Of a stretch of 64,000 nt of DNA, positions 55,901 to 64,000 are shown piece after piece. Below the pieces are notes generated by a model. The model did not search any database. It was not told the origin of the DNA and saw nothing but the letters and a program-made list of their open reading frames with translations. Position numbers and translations under genes: made by a program. Numbering within the stretch: position 1 is the first letter of the stretch; every line of letters starts with the position of its first letter. The stretch is from Eledone cirrhosa (lineage: Eukaryota): assembly GCA_964016885.1 (NCBI GenBank), contig OZ024740.1, forward strand, positions 217,682,001 through 217,746,000. The letters run 5' to 3'.

Positions 55901-58811
55901 GTCCTAACCTACGCGTTTTATTTAGGTCGACCGTACAGATCACAAATTTGTGATCTGAATAGGCGACCGTTTTAAAAAGTGGACAGCCCACACTATTTCT
56001 ATCTATTTTCCTAATGAAGATCCTGTCTATATACGATCTAGATGACCCCATTCGGTTGGTCCATGTCCATACTGGCACATTGGGGAAATCTAGTCGATAC
56101 CTGTCAGACAGTTGGAACTGGCTGAGTAGGTGCTTGAGGCTTTTGCACCCACCGCTCCTATCGGCTATTCCCACACAATCCCAGCGTGCGTCTAAGATGC
56201 CATTCCAGTCCCCCGCTAACAGTAAAGGGCGAGACGTACCCAGAAAGGTCTCCAGGCGCCTAAAGAAGTCAGGTCGTCCGGCCCCTGTAGGGGCGTAGAC
56301 GGCCAGCAGTCTAAAGGCACCACCTTCGCTACTGCTCATATCCAAGACCACCAACTTACCGTCCGGGTCCCGGAAGATCGACCTTACCTCGAGATCCAGT
56401 CCTTTCCTAAATAGCACTGCCACCCCACCCCCCCATTCCCGGCATGCTAACAGATGCGAAGATCTGATAGTCGTCGAAAATGGGGGGCTAGTGCGCGCGT
56501 GTCGGAAATTCTGGTCTCGCTTACGGCAATCACATCCATTTCCAGCGACCGGAGGTCGTTGAGCAGGCGACCCTGCTTCCAGGGTGACCCCAGGCCGCGA
56601 ACATTTAAACTTCCTACTCTTAATATGGCCATATTGGTAAGCTAAGAGAGAGAGAGGGAAGGTTTACTTACCTCCCGGGTCTTGTGAAGGTCGGGTGGTT
56701 CGACCTCCATGGTTGGTGGGGTTTCTTTTGGGAACCCCTATAAAAGTCTTGATGTGGATTTCACATTCGGGGTTCCCACGTCTTGAGGAAAGCTCTCTCG
56801 AATTTCTTTGAAGGAATTGAGTGACATTCGGACCAGAAGCAAATCTTCTGGCTCGCAAAATGTGCTCATTTCAAAAATCTCCCCCTCTGTTTGAATGTCC
56901 TCGCTTCGCGCTAAGAGGGCCATCAGTTTATGGTTGGCCCTTCTGACAAGCACGAAGTTTTTAACATTTTGTTGGTGTGGTTTTATTTGTTTTAGTTTTG
57001 GTGAAGGGGGTGGCGATGGTTTTGGTGGTGTTGTTTCGGGTATGTCTATGTTTGTTGTAGGTGTGGTGTCTGCAATTTCAGGTATTTGTGTGTTTATTTG
57101 TACTTGTGTTTGTTTAGGTTGTTTGCGTTTCGGGGATTGTGGAGGTGGTGTCGATGTTGCTGTTGGTGATGATGTTATTGGGGAAGTGTTTGCGTTAGTG
57201 GTGTCTGTATTTTTTGTTGTGTGTGTTTTTGTGTTTTGTTGGGGCTTTTTTTTTTGTGAGTTTTCTCTGCTTTTTTTGCACTTTTGGGTTTTCCTTCATC
57301 TTCGCTGCTGGAAGACAAAGGGTCTGTGTCTGTGAGTGTCTCTGTGTCTGTGTGTGCGTTTATTGTTTTGTCTATGTGTATAATTGGGGGTGTAGGAGAG
57401 CTTTCTTCGTTTTCTCCTTGGATTGGTTTTGGTGTTGGTGGTGATCCGGCTGCTTTTGATGTTGGTGTCCGTGTTTTTGTTGATGTTGTTTTTGGTGGTG
57501 GTGATGGCGGTGCAGCTTTCCGTGCTGACACTGGCGTTGGCAACAAAGGAGGTTTGCGACCCCCTGCATTTTTGCGCTGAGGGCAGAAGGCTTGAAGATG
57601 CGTTGCTTCCCCGCAGACGAAGCAGCGTGGCCTTCTTCCGTCAATCATTAGTTGGATTGTTGTCCCATCCTGCAGGCGGGCAAAATCCGGGATGTTATTC
57701 ATATCTTCCGGTTTCATTTGGAGAAGAATCTCCAAATCCATTCCGGACCAGTCCTCTCTCTCTGTCCTTTTGATGTCTAGGAGGGCAGTGTCTGTCCCCT
57801 CCTCGATTACGCATCCCAGCAGCCACCATATGTTCATTCCTGGTGGGATGCTGGGAATGCGTACCTTCACTGTCCTTTTACCCATATAGGACGGATGCAT
57901 GATAATGCGTTCCGTTCTGCAGGGGGTCACCGAGTGCTTAATAGCGAAGGCCTCGGTTTTGAACAGTACCGAACTGTTTGCCTCTTGCTTTGTACTCTAT
58001 GTTACTTCCGATGTACTCCAAAGCAGCCTCTACCTCTGCTTGGCTCGCAAGTTCCACTTTTCGTGTCTGCACCGAAATACATCGAAAGAGCACCGTCCTC
58101 CTTTGCATGGCCGCTATTGCCTCGTCCGGGATGGTCAGGTTTTCCCAGGACTTCTCCCGTTTAATTAGCCTCCACGCTTTGGCCAACTGTTCGTCTTTAT
58201 CGCTAATATCAATATCAATATTCAATAAGCGCTTTGTTTTTGCTGCTGCTGCCGAAAATGTGGTGTTTCTGATGCTCTTATTGTTGTTGTCATTCTTGCT
58301 GTTGCCACCGCCATCCTTGTTTACATTGAAGCTGTCAGTGTTATTGTCGTTATTGCTCTGAGTTGTTGTTGTGGTGGTGGTGGCGGTGGTGGTGATGTCG
58401 TTTTCAGATGATACTGCTGCTATGGCAGAAGGTTGTGATGGTAGCTTTTGAGTTTTGCCTTCACATTCAGTAGAGTGGATGACAGGCATGACTGTAGCCG
58501 TCGTAGTCGTGGTGAAATCTGCAGTGGCTGCCTTTAAACTTTTGACCTGAACGTTGTTTACCGTTTCAAGGTCGAAAATTTCCATAATTTTCTTTTGGTG
58601 GGGAAGCGATTTTTTTCGAAATTTTTAAAAATAAATCTGAATATTCGGGCTTAAAGCCCGAATATTGAGAGGTATCCCTCTCTTTAAATCAAGATGTGTA
58701 CCTTAAGTTTCTTTAACGACAAGAAAATACAAAAAAATGACACTTTAAAACAGCTTAAAGTTACGAACCTTTTCCCCCTCAGATTTGTACTGTCTTCACA
58801 CATGTGCGTCC
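52921..58811 (-). mobile_element. Near full-length Tx1/L1-clade element (ORF1 from 58585; ORF2 56632-53210, frameshifted)
   Basis: ORF1 CFVCGEATHLQAFC; APE SLNVRG/SETR/GDWN/SDH; RT QGCPLS, YADD; C-terminal CPRC; (ATT)n at both ends. Confidence 0.9.
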
Positions 58812-61800
58812 ATAATAATAATAATAATAATAATGAAATATTGTGTACAGTGCCCAGGTGCACCACAACTCATCAAAAAGTGCATGTACAGTACATAGGG
58901 CAATGCACAAACATCAGTAAAATGACCAGTGCACGAGTCATGATACACACATGTGTGCATGTGTATCGAAGGGGTACATCAGGTGTAGTTTTGGCGTATT
59001 TCGGGAAGCATGAGTGTCTTAATGGATGCAGTGTCTCGGCAGCTAACAACTGACGCAGGCAGTTTGTTCCATGCTTCAGCAACTCTGAGCGTGAAAAAAT
59101 GTCTACGAAAGTCATGGGAGCTGTGCTGTTTTCTGATTTTGTAGGCATGTCCACGTGTGTTAGACACATGGAGATCAAAAAGGTGCTCAGGGTTGCAATT
59201 GGCGAGATGGTTAATAACTTTGTGGGTATTCACCAAGTCCATTGCCAGACGTCAGAGCTTCAATGAATCCATGCCCAGGGAAGCAAGGCGTTCAGAGTAT
59301 GGTAGGTGTCTGATGGAGGGTATGCGCTTGGTTGCACGTCTCTGAACAGTTTCCAGGAGGTCAATGTTCTGGGCAAGATAGGGGTTCCAGACTGATGATG
59401 CGAATTCCAAGTGTGGTCGTACCAAAGCTGTATACAGTTTTAAATAGATGGTTGGAGAGCGGCTAACAAAGGTCTTGCTGAGTGATGCCAAGACACCCTC
59501 GGCCTTCTTGACAATCTTAGAGACATGCTTTGTCCAACGTAAATCGCTGCTGACAGTAATGCCCAGGTCACGTTCACAAGAGGACTTCTTGATATCAGTG
59601 TTGTGGAGGGAGTATGTGGACGCTGGATTTTTCCTTCCAAAATGCATGGTGGTACACTTGTCCACAGCCAGCTTCAGTTGCCAGTCTGTGATCCATTGCT
59701 GTATTGTGTCCAGGTCTGATTGTAGGAAAGAGTTGTAAATTTCAGGATCAGTCCTTTTGATTTCAAGGTACAGCTTGATGTCATCTGCATATTTCAGTAC
59801 CGTGGCATTCTGTAAGTTGGCATCTATGTCATTAATATATGCCACAAACAAAAGGGGACCAAGAACAGATCCCTGTGGTACACCAGATGACATCTCATAT
59901 GGTGAAGAATGCTGTCCTAGAACCGTGACTACTTCTTTCGGCTGAGAATGAAGGATTTCAACCAGTCGAAAAGATCATCCCTCACACCCATTGCAGAGAG
60001 TTTTGCCATAAGTCTTTTGTGTGGCACAGAATTAAAAGCCTTAGCAAAGTCAAGGTAAACAACATCCACCCATGAGCCGCTGTTAGTGATCCGGGTGATG
60101 TCTTCAAGGAACTCGATAAGCTGATCACAGCAGCTGGAGTTAGGGATAAATCCAAACTGTGAGGGCCGGATGAGGCTGTGAGAGCTCCAGAAGTTCCAAA
60201 GTGTTTCTCTGACACAGGATTCCATCAGTTTGGCCATACAGCTAGTAAGACTGACTGGACGATAGTTGACAGGTGACATGCGGTTGCCCTTTTTGAACAG
60301 GGGGATGACACTGGCAGTTTTCCACTGCTCCGGAGTAGCACCATTGTTGAGACAGTATTGAAAGAAGAAAGAAAGCTGGCGCAAAAGGAAATACCCGCCA
60401 CGTTTGAGAAGCAGATATGTCACACCATCAAGACCAGGGGAGGCATAGTTGCGCTTATTCTTAAGGTGACGTCGCAACATTGCAGGTGTAAATTCCATAG
60501 TTGTTATGGAATTTGATGTTAGAGATGGTGGAGATGGTACATTCTGGTTTTCAACAGTAAAAATACTTGCATAGCACTCAGCAATGAGTTCTGCGCATTC
60601 TTTGTGATCGTCAGTGATCTGGCTTGTGTGGGGATTGCGAAGAGGACCAACTGGAGAGTGAGGTCTCTGCTTTGAATGAATATATTTCCAGAACACCTTA
60701 CTGTCAGGATTGGTTGCTATGCACTGTTCAAATTCAAGCACTGCCTTCTTTGTCACTTGCTTGAGATGGTTAGAAGATTTATTCCGCTTTTTTCTGTTGG
60801 CATCTGATTTATGCAGTTTATATTCCCGTTCAGCGTTCCGACGTTCTTTCCTGGCAAGTCGGACCGCTGAAGTTTCCCAAATTGCACTTTTGGGGGTGGT
60901 TATTTTTCCGCTTACGTGGCACCGATGCTGCACACGCTATCCATATTAAGTCCAGGATGCTCTGGAGTATAGTGTTCACATCTCCAGAGTTATACATCTC
61001 ATGCCAGTTTGGGCGCTGTAGCTCAGTGCAGTACAAGTTCCAATCCGCCCTCTTCCAATCAAAGCAAGCAGATTGGAGATGGCTCTGGTTTTTGTTGCTG
61101 CCCTCAAGTGCCAGATTGGCAATGATCATAGCATGATCAGAGTCGCCTAGAGGTTCCTCAGTAGTACAACTGATAACCACTTCAGGAGTAGTGGTGAAGA
61201 TCAGGTCCAAAGTGTTGTCACCTCTTGTTGGAGAGGTGACTACTTGTGACCAGTTTGAGTCCAGCACTAGTTCAAGGAAATCGTTTGCACCTTGTGGCCA
61301 ACGAAAGGTTTCCCAATCGATCTCAGGATGATTGAAGTCACCTGCAATAAACACATAAGTGGCTGTTTTCTTGGCAGCAACTCTGAGGATATCGCAAAGC
61401 TGTGCGTCCTGATGGTAGTGGGGGGGGGGGCGATAAACAACACCAAGCAGAAGTGTTGACATGTTCATACGTATGTCACAGAAAAAAACTTCTTCCTGTG
61501 ATTCGTTCAAATCAACGCAAGGAATTACCGAAAAGTTTGAACGAACGTAGACCATCACACCACCACCACGGCGATTAATGCGGTCCTTGCGGAAAAGGTT
61601 GTACCCAGTAATGCTGAAAACCCCATCACAGAGTAAGGAATGTGCCCATGTTTCCATTACTGTGATGAAGTCAGGGTCGATGCTTCTGACGTAGGATTCA
61701 AACAGATGTATCTTGTTGCATAAACTGCGAGCATTTAAGGACAACAATTTGTAGCCTGCTCGCAGTTTATGATGGTGTGTAGAGGGTGGCAGGTTGTTCT

Positions 61801-62449
61801 GGTTTAGTTTCCCAGAGTTGTAGCAGTTTATACATTGCCAGTTATTGTGGGTAGATCACACTCAGACCAACTGGTATCTCTCTTCCACGTTTCACAAGCC
61901 TTGACAAACCTCCAGATCTGCCCATCATCACGCAGACTAAAACTTTCATGTTGTGCTGAGTTCCGATTCAAGGAAGCTGCAGCACGGAGCTTTGGACGTA
62001 CATGGGGTGGTAGGCCTGGGCGTGTTCGGAAAGCAATCCGATCCTCACGCCCAGCTTTAACAGAGGCCAGATGGTATGAGGTTGCCTCAGCGGGGTCCGA
62101 AAAAGACAGCCTGATGAGTCTGGGTTTTGGACCAGGTCGACCAAGGCGGAGAGCACCCTTTGGGGGAACACAGCCTAGGTCTTTGGCTGAGCTGGCAGCA
62201 AATGCCTGAAGATCAGCCTTGTCCTCTGGTACGCCAATGGCAATCACTTCATGGGTAGCAGATTCCGCAGACTTTTCAGTGTGGCCAGATACGGCAAGAG
62301 GTACAGGGAGATTCTTTAGCAAGGCATTCCGATGAGACCTCTCATTGTGGTGTCCTACCCGAATGCTTGCCTTTATTCCTGTTACTTCCCTTCTTAAAGC
62401 AGAAATCATTAGTTGCAATTCTGCAAAATCTGTACTGGTCGGTTGTTGT

Positions 62450-62481
<32 letters not shown>

Positions 62482-62700
62482 TTGTTGTTGGTGATGATGA
62501 TTTTCCTCCACGGGAATGGTAGGGGAAGACACAGTCGCAGGTTGTTGGTGTCGAGATGTACTGGGAGCGGAGGACAAGGGTTGTTGTTGTTTCTGATGTT
62601 CTCCCACAGGAATAGTAGTAGAAGCCAGTGTCATAGGTTTTTGCCGTTGTTTTTGCCGTTGTTCAGTAACAATGGTAGAGGAAGATACAGTCATTGGTTT
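58812..62700 (-). mobile_element. CR1-clade LINE (ORF1 remnant with polyQ; APE + RT ORF2 from 61747, frameshifted)
   Basis: SLNARS, GDFN, SDH; YLDFAKAF, GVPQGSVLGP, YADD; RGHAYKI, FFTLRVAEAWNKLP; (ATT)n tail. Confidence 0.9.
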
Positions 62701-64000
62701 TTGTACGAAATTCTAGTAGTATTAGCAGCATTCTCATTCGTAAACTGCTACACCAACTGTAAGTAAATCATATTACTATATTTTGTATATTTCTTGGTTT
62801 CTTTCTTCATATTATTATGATCTCTGAGTTACACACTCTATTGAGCAACGTTACTCCAGCCGACTGATTTTACACCTGCCAGTCGTGATACCATTTACAA
62901 AACGGCTACACATGTCAATCTTGTTCATAAATGTAATGAACAGGAGAGGGGGTTGTATGCACCCTCGGTGGAATCCGTCTCTCGCATTTAATGGTATCGA
63001 TTTAGCACCATTTGTCCGAAAATAAATTCTCCTCTATATTCGTATAGAGACATCAGGGAAGCAAGAAGCTGACAATCTCCTGCAGAACCTTCCACGGCAG
63101 GTTTCGACTAAAATGCTGCTTTTCAAAATATATTTTGAAATAATTCTAGTCTTCATTAATTGTTTCTACTTTAGGCACAAGGCCAGCAATAACCCAGTAC
63201 ATTACTGGTACTTTATTTTATCGACCCCGTAATGATGAAAGGCAAAGTTAACCTCAGCGGGATTTGTACTCAGACTGTAAAGGGACGTAACTATGCAAGA
63301 AAGCATGGTGTCCGACCCTCTACCGATACTGCCAACCCACCGCCCTTCTAGTCTACAATAATATAATCTGGACGATAAGAGAAACAAGTAAAGTCTCAAC
63401 CACAGAAGAAACTCTAAAAATAAAAAAAAGGACAGACGCTGGATATCGTTCCAAAAGATAAAAAAATGAACGGCAAATTTCAAGAGAGTAGACTTTGTAG
63501 CAGATGACATTTCGTGTTTAAAGTATAGATTCTGATTGAACATGATTTAAAAAGATAAGTTATAACACTGGCCATCACTTTAAATCACAAATATCTATGC
63601 TACAGAAACTTTCCTTATTGCAGTAACTGTGAAAAACATATATTTCTGGGGTTAATGGGGGTTTAATTTGATGGAATATCAGATTTAATGAAGCCTCTCA
63701 CATTTCTAAGGATAGGGAACCAATAGTGAAAACAAATTGGTGAATATAGAGTGAACAAAATCTCTTCTGTTGGAGACTGTTTTATGGAATCAGAAGAAGA
63801 TGGTGAAGAAATAATCATATTCTATTCTAAAAAATGTAGTCTTTAACACTGTCTCTGCTCTTAATCAAGTGTATGTGTGTGTATGTGTGTGTGTGTATAT
63901 GTGTATATATAAGTGTGTGTGTATGTGTGTGTGTGTATATGTGTGTGTGTGTTTTGAGGTGATACGTGCACGTACACTGTTTTCTGATAGATGTGTTAAT
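62701..64000 (+). pseudogene. Gene copy 3: exon 1 remnant (62701-62758, ATG deleted) and intron 1, continuing beyond the window
   Basis: ttgtacgaaattctagtagta...caccaact|gtaagt matches exon 1 from codon 2; intron matches copy 2. Confidence 0.8.
63161..63345 (-). mobile_element. tRNA-derived SINE in intron 1 of copy 3
   Basis: 17-bp TSD ttctagtct(t/a)ca(t/a)taat; single empty site in copies 1 and 2. Confidence 0.9.

Overview
Eukaryotic, AT-rich, microsatellite-rich genomic DNA, probably cephalopod/octopus (inferred from an octopus-type tRNA-derived SINE; not verified). The only host genes are a tandem array of three paralogues of a 3-exon gene for a secreted protein built from 37-aa six-cysteine modules (pacifastin-like/half-VWC). 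Copy 1 (705-4790) has 16 modules and copy 2 (39371-43023) has 9. Copy 3 lost its ATG to a ~10-kb nested retroelement insertion in exon 1. The spacers are filled with non-LTR retrotransposons (Tx1/L1-clade, R4/Dong-like, CR1-like, RTE-like), Penelope-like elements, Helitron remnants and SINEs, many chained through (ATT)n/(TAA)n tails. The most striking unannotated signal is a set of five type I hammerhead ribozymes. Three lie in a non-coding 592-bp tandem-plus-inverted repeat (27020-28748) that looks like a retrozyme, with the compensatory U3-A8 core and a palindromic stem III. One U3-A8 hammerhead ends a Penelope element, its plausible mobiliser, and one canonical minimal hammerhead lies beside a decayed Penelope. 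Tx1 copies also carry a conserved splice-donor motif 39-41 nt before ORF2. TE boundaries are read by eye and are approximate.
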